Below are positions 41,340-50,701 of a DNA stretch of 64,000 nt, piece after piece. The translations under genes were made by a program, and so were the position numbers. Source of the stretch: an uncultured Oscillospiraceae bacterium (GTDB lineage: Bacteria > Bacillota > Clostridia > Oscillospirales > Ruminococcaceae); assembly GCA_964433495.1 (NCBI GenBank), contig CAYSRC010000003.1, forward strand, positions 10,054-74,053, given 5' to 3'. The notes beneath the pieces were generated by a model. It was not told the origin of the DNA. It ran no database searches and worked only from the letters and a program-made list of their open reading frames with translations. Numbering within the stretch: the first letter of the stretch is position 1; every line of letters begins with the position of its first letter.

Positions 41340-41960
41340 CGGCGCGTCCCCTGGAGGTTGCCGTTTTTTTAGGTGACGGACACCCTCGGATGCGGGGCCT
41401 GTGTAAAGGGGAGGAGGGCCGAGAAGCGGTAGGGGGATTGTAAGCGGTCAGTAAAGGTCGCGACACAAGGCATGTTTAGGCGGCATGGTCTTGCGCGGTC
41501 AACCCCTCCGTCAGCTAACGCCGACACCTCCCCTTACACACGGCTCACAAATTTTCGTGAGTTGTACCGAACGCCGTACCGATTGCGTTCGGTAGGGAAG
41601 GCTAAGGGCGTGAATCCCGAGGGATAGGTGTAAGCTTTAAGTTCCTGAAACCTCCCCCTGTCGGCGCTAATAGAAACGAACGCTGACACACCCTGCGAGC
41701 GAAGCTCAAGGGCCCGAATCCCGAGGGATGGGGGCGGGCTAAAAGACTTGCTTCATCCCAAGCACCCCGTGTGCAAAGGGGGGGGCGGAGAAGCGGCAGG
41801 GGGATTGCGAGCGGTGAACTTAGGCCGTGACTGATAAGTTCTTTGTCTACAGGCAGACAACCGTCTCTGCGACAAAGCAGCGGGCGGTCGCGGCAGGTGG
41901 CCGTCTCTGCTGCGGGTATCATTGGCAATCGCTTCGCATATCATTTGTTGAGGTGATGCT
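41340..41960. repeat. intergenic modular repeat, copy C (same family as 46870-47400 and 58385-58870)
   Basis: Internal direct repeat GTGT(-/G)(A/C)AAAGGGG..GAGAAGCGG(T/C)AGGGGGATTG(T/C)(A/G)AGCGG at 41401 and 41768. Inverted pair GTGTAAAGGGGAGG (41401) / CCTCCCCTTACAC (41528). Shares CCGTACCGATTG.GTTCGGTA with 47205-47230. Confidence 0.7.
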
Positions 41961-41962
41961 CG

Positions 41963-42715
41963 GTGTCAAAAAGAAAAGCGGCGTTTTGGCTGGTTTACGC
42001 TGCGGCCCTGTGCGCGACGCTGCTCATGCTGAGCGCGGCGTTCGGGGTCTCGAGGGCGGTCTCTGCACAGGCGGGCCCCGTTTCGGTGTACGACCGCGGG
42101 GTCGTGATCATCGACGCGGGTCACGGCGATTTTGACCCCGGCTGCGTGGCTGCGGACGGCACGCAGGAAAAGGACATCAACCTGACCATTGCGCTCTGCC
42201 TGCGGGATATCTTCTCGGCGCACGGGTACAAAACCGTCATGACCAGAACCGACGACACGACGATGGCAGACTACGGCAGCGGGCACGCGAAGCGGACGGA
42301 CACCCTGAACCGTGCGGCGCTCTTCGACTCCTTTGCGGATGCCGTCACAATAAGTATCCATCAAAACAGCTTTTCCGACCCGACACAGCACGGCACACAG
42401 CTGTTTTACGGCGTAAAAAACGACGAGAGCCCGCTGTTGGCCGAGTGCATCATGCAGAGCGTGGTCTCGGTTTTGCAGCCCGACAACACAAGACCCCTCA
42501 AGCAGGGGACGTCGTCCATCTACATCCTCAAAAACGTCTCGTCGCCCATCGTGCTCGTCGAGTGCGGCTTCATGACCAACCCCGATGAGCTTGCGCTGCT
42601 CAAGGACCGCGAATACTGCAAAAAGATTGCCTACTGCATCTTTTGCGGCTATGAGGATTATCTCGCCGCAAGGGAGAGCGGTGGGTCTGTCGGCCGAACC
42701 GGCGCCGACACATGA
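41963..42715 (+). CDS. cwlD: germination-specific N-acetylmuramoyl-L-alanine amidase CwlD
   Basis: GTG 41963, 7 nt after GAGGTG. Signal anchor. Amidase_3 motifs IDAGHGDFDPG, ..EKDINL.., ..ISIHQNSF..GTQLFY... Confidence 0.8.
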   Translation: MSKRKAAFWLVYAAALCATLLMLSAAFGVSRAVSAQAGPVSVYDRGVVIIDAGHGDFDPGCVAADGTQEKDINLTIALCLRDIFSAHGYKTVMTRTDDTTMADYGSGHAKRTDTLNRAALFDSFADAVTISIHQNSFSDPTQHGTQLFYGVKNDESPLLAECIMQSVVSVLQPDNTRPLKQGTSSIYILKNVSSPIVLVECGFMTNPDELALLKDREYCKKIAYCIFCGYEDYLAARESGGSVGRTGADT

Positions 42716-42764
42716 GAAAAAAGGGACAAAGACGGCTTTATCCTCCCTCACCTGACATGGATTT

Positions 42765-42801
42765 GCGCACACCCCGTTTCCCGCGGGGCGTGCGCTTTTT
42801 C
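42765..42801 (+). terminator. terminator after cwlD
   Basis: GCGCACACCCCG / CGGGGCGTGCGC stem with one mismatch, followed by TTTTTC. Confidence 0.7.
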
Positions 42802-42875
42802 TGTTTACACCCGCCGTCCGTGTGCCCGTCTGTCCCGTTCGGCCCCTCAAAAATTTTTTGAGGAGCAAAAAGGGC

Positions 42876-42904
42876 TTTACAGTTGTAAACCGCGGTTTTA
42901 TAAT
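42876..42904 (+). promoter_or_regulatory. candidate sigma-A promoter for metF-metH
   Basis: TTTACA, 17-nt spacer, TATAAT. Confidence 0.5.
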
Positions 42905-42956
42905 CTATAGAGAAGCGAGAAGATATTGTGTTTTGTTCAAAGGAGTCGCCGCGTCA

Positions 42957-43835
42957 ATGTTTATTTCGGACATGTTTAAAGAGAAAGAATGTGTCTTTTC
43001 GATAGAGGTTTTCCCGCCCAAAAAGAAGGGGGCTGTCGAGGCGAGCCTGTACCCTGCGCTCGAGTCCATGCGGGAGGTAGAGCCCGACTTTATCAGCGTC
43101 ACCTACGGCGCGGGCGGAAGTCTCGCGGGCCGGTCGACCACCGGCATCTCCTCCCACATTAAAAATGAGCTCGGCATCGAGTCGCTTGCGCATCTCACCT
43201 GCGCGAACCTGACAAAGGAGCAGGCGGGCGGGATCTTGAGGGAGCTTCGGGGGCAGGGGGTCGACAACATCCTCGTGCTGCGCGGCGACGGCAGCCCCGA
43301 CCTGCCGCGGGAGACCGACTACATACACGCAAGCGACCTCGCCGCCGAGGTCGAGGCCTTCGGCGGCTTTGACATCGCGGGGGCGTGCTACCCCGAGGGG
43401 CATTTTGAGTGCCCCACCCTCAGGCAGGACGTGGAGAACCTGCGGTATAAGGTCGACGCGGGGGTCAGCCACCTCATCACACAGCTTTTTTTCGACAACG
43501 TGTGCTTTTACCGCTTTCTCAACCTCGCGAGAAAGGCGGGCATCGCCGTGCCGGTGCACGCGGGGGTCATGCCTATTGTGAACTCGCGTCAGATAGAGCG
43601 CACCGTCGCGCTCAGCTCGGCGAGCCTGCCGCCCGCCTTTACCAAGATGATAAGCAGGTACAGCGGCGACCCCGACGCGCTGTTTGACGCGGGGATTGAC
43701 TACGCTGTCCGACAGATCAGGGACCTCATCACGGGCGGAGCGGACGGCATCCACCTGTACGCGATGAACAATGCCGTCGTTGTCCGCCGCGTTTACGAGG
43801 GCATAAAGGATCTTTTGCCGGGGCGAAGCGCATGA
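42957..43835 (+). CDS. metF: 5,10-methylenetetrahydrofolate reductase
   Basis: ATG 42957. ..FSIEVFPPKK.. and ..FISVTYGAGGS.. are typical MetF N-terminal motifs. Confidence 0.9.
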   Translation: MFISDMFKEKECVFSIEVFPPKKKGAVEASLYPALESMREVEPDFISVTYGAGGSLAGRSTTGISSHIKNELGIESLAHLTCANLTKEQAGGILRELRGQGVDNILVLRGDGSPDLPRETDYIHASDLAAEVEAFGGFDIAGACYPEGHFECPTLRQDVENLRYKVDAGVSHLITQLFFDNVCFYRFLNLARKAGIAVPVHAGVMPIVNSRQIERTVALSSASLPPAFTKMISRYSGDPDALFDAGIDYAVRQIRDLITGGADGIHLYAMNNAVVVRRVYEGIKDLLPGRSA

Positions 43836-44491
43836 TTTTGCATCTGACGCTTGCAAAAGAGCTTGATTTTTCCGTGGCGCTGCGGTATCTCGGCGTAAAG
43901 GGCGCATGTGACGGCTCGCTCGAAGCGCTGCTCGAGCGGGCCGCGCGCGTGCTGCGGGAAAAAGCAAGCCCTAAAGCGGCATATCTCACAAGTGATATCG
44001 GCCTTTTGGACGGCTGCCTTGAGGGCGGGGACATCAAAAAGCACCTCGAGGGCTGTCACACGTGCGTCCTGCTCGCCTGCACCCTCGGCGCGGGGGTCGA
44101 TTTAGCCCAGCGCGCCGCAAACGCGTCGGACATGGCGTTTGCCGTCGTGCTCGACGCGCTCGCGTCGGTCATGGCCGAGCAGGCTGCGGACGAGGCCGAG
44201 GGTATCGTGCGCGGGCAGCTGGCGGGCAAGGGGCTTTTTTTGACCTCGCGCTTTTCGCCGGGATACGGCGACTATCCGATATCCGCCCAAAACCGTCTGC
44301 TCGACATCCTCGACGCGCCGCGCGGGATAGGCCTGTGCGCCACGCCGACCCACCTCATGACGCCGCGCAAGAGCATAACGGCGGTGTTGGGGGTCAGCGA
44401 CCGCCCGGTCACCGGCCGCAGGGCGGGCTGTGCGCACTGCGCGCTCAGGGACAGATGCCTTTTCAGAAAAGAGGGAAAGACGTGTGAATAG
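43832..44491 (+). CDS. stand-alone methionine synthase reactivation (AdoMet-binding, activation-domain-like) protein
   Basis: ..RFSPGYGDYPISAQNRLLDILDA.. resembles the MetH C-terminal activation domain. Overlaps metF (ATGA) and metH. Confidence 0.75.
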   Translation: MILHLTLAKELDFSVALRYLGVKGACDGSLEALLERAARVLREKASPKAAYLTSDIGLLDGCLEGGDIKKHLEGCHTCVLLACTLGAGVDLAQRAANASDMAFAVVLDALASVMAEQAADEAEGIVRGQLAGKGLFLTSRFSPGYGDYPISAQNRLLDILDAPRGIGLCATPTHLMTPRKSITAVLGVSDRPVTGRRAGCAHCALRDRCLFRKEGKTCE

Positions 44492-46838
44492 GGTTTTTGA
44501 CGACAATCGGATCGTGATATTCGACGGCGCGATGGGCACCATGCTGCAAAAGGGGGGGCTCAAGCCCGGGGAGCGCCCCGACATTTTGTCGCTGACGCGG
44601 CCCGAGGCGGTCGAGGCGGTGCACCGCGCGTACATCGACGCCGGGTGCGACTTTGTCCTGACCGACACCTTCGGCAGCAACGCGAAAAAGCTTGCGGGCT
44701 CCGGCTGCTCGGTCGAGCAGGTGGTACGCGCGGGGATTGCCGCAGCGGGGAGGGCCGCGGGGACGCTGTCCCGCGTCATCCTGGATGTCGGCCCGATAGG
44801 CGAGCTTGTCGAGCCCTCGGGCGCCCTGCGCTTTGAGGAGGCCTATGAGATATACCGCGAAGTCGTGACGGCGGGCGAGCGCGCGGGCGCAGAGATCGTG
44901 ATGTTCGAGACGATGACCGATCTTTACGAGCTTAAGGCGGCGATTTTGGCGGCGAAGGAGAACACCGGGATGTCGGTGCTCGCCTCGATGACGTTTGAAA
45001 AAAACGGGCGGACCTTCACCGGCTGCACCGTCGAGTCGTTTGCGCTCACCGCCGGAGGGCTCGGCGTCGACGGGCTGGGCATAAACTGCTCGCTCGGCCC
45101 CGACGAGATCTTCCCGCTTGTCCGGCGGCTGTGCCGCGCGACAAATCTGCCCGTGTTCGCGAAGCCCAACGCCGGCCTTCCCGACCCATCGAGCGGCCTT
45201 TACACCGTGGACGCACAGGCGTTTGCGGAACAGCTTAAGCGCTATGCCGCGCTCGGCGTCTCTGCCGTGGGGGGCTGCTGCGGCACCACGCCCCCGCACA
45301 TCGCCGCGCTGGCAAGGGCGTTTGCGGGTGAAAAGCCGCGCAAGCGCGAACAAGTCGGCCTCAGCGCCGTCTGCTCCCCCACGCGCCCCGTCGTGATCGA
45401 CACGGTGCGGGTGATCGGCGAGCGGATAAACCCGACGGGCAAAAAGCGACTCCAGCAGGCGCTGCGCGAGGGGGACATGGGGTATGTCATGGCGCAGGCC
45501 CTTGAGCAGGCGGGCGCGGGCGCAGACATCCTCGACGTCAACGTCGGTCTGCCCGGCCTCGACGAGAAAACGACGATGGCACGGGCCGTCAAGGCAATCC
45601 AAAGCGTGTGCGAGCTTCCGCTTCAGCTCGACTCGGGCAGGGCGGACGTGCTCGAGGCGGGGCTGCGGGTGTACAACGGCAAGCCCATTGTCAACTCGGT
45701 CAACGCCGAGGACGCGGTGCTCGAGCGGGTGCTGCCGCTCTGCAAAAAATACGGCGCGGCGGTCGTGGGGCTGACGCTCGACGAAAAGGGCATCCCCGCG
45801 TCGGCCGAGCGGCGCTTTGCGCTGGCAAAAAAAATCGTCGATGCGGCGGCTTCGGCGGGGATCCCGAAAGAGGATGTCTTCGTCGACTGTCTCACGCTCA
45901 CAGCGAGCACGCAGCAGGAGGCCGTCGCCGAGACGCTGGGGGCCGTCCGCATGGTGCGCGAGCGCCTCGGCGTGCACACGGTGCTCGGCGTCTCCAACAT
46001 CTCGTTCGGCCTGCCCTGCCGCGAGCAGATAAACACCACGTTCTTGACGCTCGCGATGGCAAGCGGGCTGGATCTGCCGATTCTCAACCCCAATTCTGCC
46101 GCCATGATGGCCGCCGTGGCGAGCTTTAAGGTGCTTTATAACATCGACAGGGATTCGCGCGAGTACATCGCGCGGTACTCGTCACAGGTCGCGGCAGCGC
46201 AGGCCCCCGCGCACGGCGGCATCACACTGTACGACGCCGTGTTGGGCGGGCTGGGGGAACAGGCCGCCGCCGCGGCGAAAAACGAGCTCGCAGCCCGTCC
46301 CCCCGAGGAGGTTGTCGACGCGGTTCTCATCCCCGCGCTCGACGCGGTGGGGGAGGGGTTTGAAAAGGGAACCCTGTTTCTGCCGCAGCTCATGCAGGCC
46401 GCGGGCGCGGCGCAGGCGGCGTTTGAGGTAATCAAAAACACGATATCCCGCTCGGGTGCGCAGGGCGGCGGCAGGGGAAAGATCGTCATCGCCACCGTCA
46501 AGGGGGACATCCACGACATCGGCAAAAACATCGTCAGAACGCTGCTTCAAAACTACGGATACGACACGATCGACCTCGGACGGGACGTCCCGCCCGAGGC
46601 GGTGGTCGAGGCGGTGCGGCAGAGCGGCGCGCGCCTTGTCGGCTTGAGCGCGCTGATGACCACAACCCTCCCGAGCATGGAGCGGACGATCAAAGCGCTG
46701 CGCGAGGCGCAGCTCGACTGCCGCGTCATGGTGGGCGGCGCCGTGCTGACGCCCGAGTACGCGCGGAAAATCGGCGCCGACTACTACGCGCGCGACGCGA
46801 AACGGTCGGTCGACATCGCGAAAGAGGTGCTGGGCTGA
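44484..46838 (+). CDS. metH: cobalamin-dependent methionine synthase lacking the activation domain (Hcy-, pterin-, cap- and B12-binding modules)
   Basis: GTG 44484. ..FDGAMGTML.., Zn ligands ..GGCCGTTP.., and B12 motif ..GDIHDIGKNIV.. (DxHxxG). Confidence 0.9.
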   Translation: MNRVFDDNRIVIFDGAMGTMLQKGGLKPGERPDILSLTRPEAVEAVHRAYIDAGCDFVLTDTFGSNAKKLAGSGCSVEQVVRAGIAAAGRAAGTLSRVILDVGPIGELVEPSGALRFEEAYEIYREVVTAGERAGAEIVMFETMTDLYELKAAILAAKENTGMSVLASMTFEKNGRTFTGCTVESFALTAGGLGVDGLGINCSLGPDEIFPLVRRLCRATNLPVFAKPNAGLPDPSSGLYTVDAQAFAEQLKRYAALGVSAVGGCCGTTPPHIAALARAFAGEKPRKREQVGLSAVCSPTRPVVIDTVRVIGERINPTGKKRLQQALREGDMGYVMAQALEQAGAGADILDVNVGLPGLDEKTTMARAVKAIQSVCELPLQLDSGRADVLEAGLRVYNGKPIVNSVNAEDAVLERVLPLCKKYGAAVVGLTLDEKGIPASAERRFALAKKIVDAAASAGIPKEDVFVDCLTLTASTQQEAVAETLGAVRMVRERLGVHTVLGVSNISFGLPCREQINTTFLTLAMASGLDLPILNPNSAAMMAAVASFKVLYNIDRDSREYIARYSSQVAAAQAPAHGGITLYDAVLGGLGEQAAAAAKNELAARPPEEVVDAVLIPALDAVGEGFEKGTLFLPQLMQAAGAAQAAFEVIKNTISRSGAQGGGRGKIVIATVKGDIHDIGKNIVRTLLQNYGYDTIDLGRDVPPEAVVEAVRQSGARLVGLSALMTTTLPSMERTIKALREAQLDCRVMVGGAVLTPEYARKIGADYYARDAKRSVDIAKEVLG

Positions 46839-46869
46839 CGGCGCGGCGGGGGAGATTGTAAGGGCTGAG

Positions 46870-47400
46870 GCTTTAACCCGCAACAAGAGGCACTTTCGAA
46901 CGACGGGCCTTTTGTAAAGACGATCCCTCAGCCGGTTAACGCTGATACGCCCTGCATATTCTCGCAGGATCTTCGAGCTTTTTATACTCGCCTGAATTCA
47001 CGGGAATATGTGCCCCCGAACGTCGTACCGCTTACGTTCGGCAATCCCTCGGTCAGCTGAGGCTGACACGCCCTGCATACTCCCGCAGGGCGTGCCGAAC
47101 GCCGTACCGCTTACGTTCGGCTGCCCCCGTTACACAAGGGAGCCCTTGGGGATGTCCATCCCGTATAACCTAAAATACAGAAAACGCCGTACCGTGTGCC
47201 GCGCACCGTACCGATTGAGTTCGGTAAGGGGGCCCAAGGGCAAGGGCGCTGTCCCACAGGAGGCTTTCTTTACATAAGCCCACATGTTTCTCGCAGGGCC
47301 TTCGGGCTGTCGTTTCTTTCGGACTTGACCGCATGCAAGGATTGCACCCCTTTCTTGTGTAAAGGGCGGCGCGGCGAATGCCGCGACAGAGGGATTGTCA
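46870..47400. repeat. intergenic modular repeat, copy A (inverted relative to 58385-58870)
   Basis: 47065-47105 is the exact reverse complement of 58690-58730 (41 nt). 47194-47217 is the exact reverse complement of 58577-58600 (24 nt). CGCGGCGAATGCCGCG (47375) matches 58390. Contains hairpins such as GCCCTGCatactccGCAGGGC and CCGAACGccgtaccgcttaCGTTCGG. Confidence 0.85.
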
Positions 47401-47410
47401 AGCGTGTAAA

Positions 47411-47441
47411 ACAGAAAAGAAGACCCTGTTACAGGGTCTTC
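47411..47441 (-). terminator. terminator after luxS
   Basis: 10-bp stem GAAGACCCTG/CAGGGTCTTC with a 3-nt loop, followed on the minus strand by TTTTCTGTTTT. Confidence 0.75.
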
Positions 47442-47467
47442 TTCAAAACATCCTCTCTGCGACTCAT

Positions 47468-47926
47468 TCAGGCGTTGTACGCGAGTTTGTCGGCTGTCCA
47501 GCCCTCGAGCACAGGCAGCATCGCCTTTGCCTCGTCTCTTGCGCCCGCGAGGTTTTGCTCGCGGTAGTTCCCGCATTCCTTTTCGGACGCGCCGGGGATC
47601 TCGCCCTCGTACTCGGACATGAAGCGGAAGCTGTCCTGCACAAGGCTTATCGCGTCGTCGTGCGAGATGCCGCGCGTCAGAAGATAAAACCCGGTACGGC
47701 AGCCCATCGGCCCGACATAGATGATGTTTTTGCCGAAGCGCGAGTTGCGCGCGTAGGTGGCAAAGAGGTGCTCGATGGTGTGCAGCGCGCCGTTTTCAAG
47801 ATAGTCGCCGTTGTTCGGCTTTTTCATCCTGATGTCGTAGGTTACAACGTCGCCGTCGGTTCGCGAGATGTACATCCCGCGTTCAAGCCTGGTGTGGTCG
47901 ACGCAAAAGCTTGCAATACGTTCCAC
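47468..47926 (-). CDS. luxS: S-ribosylhomocysteine lyase
   Basis: HTIEH metal motif and GCRTGFY. GTG 47926 is 6 nt after GGGGGA. The track's TTG at 47989 is the -35 box of the promoter. Confidence 0.9.
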   Translation of the reverse strand: MERIASFCVDHTRLERGMYISRTDGDVVTYDIRMKKPNNGDYLENGALHTIEHLFATYARNSRFGKNIIYVGPMGCRTGFYLLTRGISHDDAISLVQDSFRFMSEYEGEIPGASEKECGNYREQNLAGARDEAKAMLPVLEGWTADKLAYNA

Positions 47927-47960
47927 GTCAAATCCCCCGCATTGTTTTTTTCTGTAAGAT

Positions 47961-47989
47961 ATTATAGTGCAGGCTCGCCGGCACTTCAA
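47961..47989 (-). promoter_or_regulatory. sigma-A promoter of luxS
   Basis: Minus strand: TTGAAG, 17-nt spacer, TATAAT. Confidence 0.55.
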
Positions 47990-48255
47990 GTGCGTTTATG
48001 CTTTTCTGAAGGTCCGCCGCTTCGATTTATCGTTTTGGGCCGCAGAGGGCTTGTCCTCTGTGCCCGTCGCCCGATGCCGAGCGCGCCGAAACGGGGCAGA
48101 CGCTCCTGCATCGTTCGCTCGGTGAGGCGCGGAAGAGCGGGAGACAAACGCCCCCGGCGCGAGCGGGACCGGGACACAAGAGCAAATACACAAAAGTCCG
48201 AAAAAATCAAGAACCTGCGGTATCTCTATCGGCCGCACAAGCGAAAGGAAAACAG

Positions 48256-49620
48256 ATGGCTTCGGTTAAAAATGTATACGTATGCAGCGAGTGCGGCGCA
48301 GAGTTCAACAAATGGTTCGGCAGGTGTCCCTCGTGCGGCGAGTGGAACACCCTGGAGGAGACGGCGCCGATAAAGACAGCCCCCGCGAGAGGGGCGGGCA
48401 GAGGCCGTCTCAAGGGCATTGAGGCGCACGGGCTCGACACCATCTCGTTTGAGGACGAGCCGCGCTATACAACCGGCATAGCCGAGCTCGACCGGGTTCT
48501 CGGCGGCGGGATCGTGCGCGGCTCGGTCGTGCTCATCGGCGGCGAACCGGGCGCGGGCAAGTCGACGCTGCTGCTTCAGATGTGCGGCAACATCAGCGAC
48601 ACCGCGCGGGTGCTGTATGTTTCGGGCGAGGAGTCGAGACATCAGATAAAGCTGCGGGCCGACAGGCTCGGCATAAACTCGCCCAACATCCTGCTCGCGG
48701 CGGAGACCGACATCGAGGCGATAGCCGCCGAGATATCCTCTTTGCGCCCCGACCTTGTCGTCATCGACTCGATTCAGACGATGGCGCTCGAGGGGGTGAG
48801 CTCGTCCCCGGGCAGCGTGACCCAGGTCAGGGAGTGCGCCTCGGTGCTCATGCGCACTGCCAAAAGCGAGGGTATCCCGATATTCATTGTCGGGCACGTC
48901 AACAAGGACGGCGCGATTGCGGGGCCAAAGGTGATGGAGCACATCGTCGACACGGTGCTCTATTTTGAGGGCGACCGATATCTCAGCTATCGGATCCTGC
49001 GCGCCGCGAAAAACAGGTTTGGCTCCACAAACGAGATCGGGCTGTTTGACATGACAGGGCACGGGCTTTTCGGCGTGGACAACCCCAGCGGGGTGATGCT
49101 GGACGGCAGGGACCCCGACGTCCCGGGAAGCTGCGTCACCTGTATCATGGAGGGGTCGCGCCCGCTGCTCGCCGAAATCCAATCCCTCGCCTCCAAGACG
49201 GGCTTCGGCAACCCCCGCCGCACCTCGTCGGGCCTCGACTACAACCGTGTAAACCTGCTGCTCGCGGTGCTCGAAAAGCGGGCAGGGTACTTTTTGTCGG
49301 GTCTCGACGTCTACATCAACGTCGTCGGCGGCCTGCAGATGAGCGAGCCGTCGGTCGATTTGGCGGCCGTGCTGAGCCTTGTCTCGGCGGTCACCGACAC
49401 CCCCGTGCCGCGCGGATTTATCGCGTTCGGCGAGGTGGGGCTGGGCGGCGAGGTGCGCGCGGTTGCGAACGCCGAGACGCGGGTGCAGGAGGCGCAGAGA
49501 CTGGGCTTTTCCGACTGCGTGCTGCCCCGCGGCTGCGTCCCAAAGCTGCGCGGGCGGTTTGACATCAACCTCATCGGTGTAGGAAGCGTCCGTGAGCTCG
49601 CGCCGCTTCTCAAGCGATGA
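48256..49620 (+). CDS. radA: DNA repair protein RadA/Sms
   Basis: Zn finger CSECGAEFNKWFGRCPSCGEWN, Walker A GGEPGAGKST, KNRFG motif, Lon-like C-terminus. Confidence 0.95.
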   Translation: MASVKNVYVCSECGAEFNKWFGRCPSCGEWNTLEETAPIKTAPARGAGRGRLKGIEAHGLDTISFEDEPRYTTGIAELDRVLGGGIVRGSVVLIGGEPGAGKSTLLLQMCGNISDTARVLYVSGEESRHQIKLRADRLGINSPNILLAAETDIEAIAAEISSLRPDLVVIDSIQTMALEGVSSSPGSVTQVRECASVLMRTAKSEGIPIFIVGHVNKDGAIAGPKVMEHIVDTVLYFEGDRYLSYRILRAAKNRFGSTNEIGLFDMTGHGLFGVDNPSGVMLDGRDPDVPGSCVTCIMEGSRPLLAEIQSLASKTGFGNPRRTSSGLDYNRVNLLLAVLEKRAGYFLSGLDVYINVVGGLQMSEPSVDLAAVLSLVSAVTDTPVPRGFIAFGEVGLGGEVRAVANAETRVQEAQRLGFSDCVLPRGCVPKLRGRFDINLIGVGSVRELAPLLKR

Positions 49621-49743
49621 CGAACTAAATAAATCGTCAAAAGATTTGTCGGCTGCCCGAACAGAGCGCTCTTTGCCGCGCGGGGAGGGTGAACACACTG
49701 CGCCGCAAAGCGCAGCGATGTAAAAAGAACGGGGCTTTTAAAA

Positions 49744-50481
49744 ATGGAACGGTTTGTTGAGACACCCAACCTGCCCCAAAGGCGTGTAAAGGTGTGCGCC
49801 TTGTCGGGAGATGAACGGCATCGGTATGCGGCTGACGCGCTCAGGGCGCTCGGTATTGCGTGCATCCCGACCGAGGCGTGCGCGCGGCTGCCGCGCCCGG
49901 TAGCCTATCACGCCGACATGCAGCTGCTGCACCTTGGGGGACGGCACTTTGCACTCGAGGACAGCTGCCGCGCCCTTCGCGAGGGCCTTTTGTCGCGCGG
50001 GGCGACGGTGGACTGTCTCGAGCAGGCGGACGATCGCTACCCCGGGGACTGTGTGCTCAACGCGCTCATCCTCGGCGGCCGCTTCTACTGCGCCGAACAG
50101 CCGCCCGCCGGGTGGAAGCGCGCCCTCGGCGCAAACCTGCGGTTTGTAAAGCAGGGATATACCCGCTGTTCCTGCGCGGTTGTCGCAAAAAACGCGGTTA
50201 TAACGGCGGACAGGGGCATCGGCACCAAACTGCGCGCGGACGGCGTCGACTGCCTTGTCATCCCTCCGGGCGAGATAACCCTTGAAGGGTATGACTGCGG
50301 CTTTATCGGCGGCTGCTGCGGCCTTGTCGACCGCGGGGTGCTGGCCTTTACGGGGGATATATCGCGCCTGTCCTACGGCGGCATGATTGCGGATTTTTTG
50401 CAAAAGCAGGGCGTGCGCGCCGTCGCCCTGCGCTCCGGGATACCCGAGGACATCGGCGGAATCCTCCCGCTGACGGAGTAG
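49744..50481 (+). CDS. conserved hypothetical protein (possible guanidino-group-modifying-enzyme/pentein-like fold; unverified)
   Basis: 245 aa with normal codon composition. Motifs YHADMQL, PGDCVLNA, KQGYTRCS, GYDCGFIGGCCG. No SD-like RBS is evident. Confidence 0.6.
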   Translation: MERFVETPNLPQRRVKVCALSGDERHRYAADALRALGIACIPTEACARLPRPVAYHADMQLLHLGGRHFALEDSCRALREGLLSRGATVDCLEQADDRYPGDCVLNALILGGRFYCAEQPPAGWKRALGANLRFVKQGYTRCSCAVVAKNAVITADRGIGTKLRADGVDCLVIPPGEITLEGYDCGFIGGCCGLVDRGVLAFTGDISRLSYGGMIADFLQKQGVRAVALRSGIPEDIGGILPLTE

Positions 50482-50701
50482 GCGTCGCGTCTGCCGCCCT
50501 GTCCGCGCGGGATTTTTTTATAAAGGCTCAAAAGCAGCGGCGCTGAACTCCTGTTTCAACGCCGCTGCTTTGAGCCTTATGCGAGCGCAAGGGCATCCTG
50601 CCCAAGCTCACCACACTGCGCTGTCCGACGCGTGTGCCGGGAGCGGCCGCCTAAAGTGCTTTACCGGCGGGGTGTCACGCGCTTGCCCGGCGGTTCGACC
50701 G

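Noticed and set aside
41916-41943. Forespore sigma-G/F-type promoter (GTATC-16-CATATCA) for cwlD
   Set aside because: The predicted start site would fall inside the RBS of the GTG start at 41963, and the hexamers deviate from consensus.
42716-42956. SAM-I (S-box) riboswitch upstream of metF/metH
   Set aside because: There is no S-box core. The region holds the cwlD terminator, an A/T palindrome and a promoter only ~50 nt from the start codon.
47927-47989. TTG start at 47989 for luxS
   Set aside because: That TTG is part of a TTGAAG -35 box spaced 17 nt from TATAAT. GTG 47926 has a GGGGGA RBS and gives a LuxS of normal length (152 aa).
50523-50578. Long hairpin (AAGGCTCAAAAGCAGCGGCG...CGCCGCTGCTTTGAGCCTT) as terminator for dapA or the upstream hypothetical gene
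   Set aside because: The structure is real, but the T-run lies on the wrong side for either strand, so a canonical intrinsic terminator cannot be assigned. It may still act as a stabiliser or Rho-dependent site.
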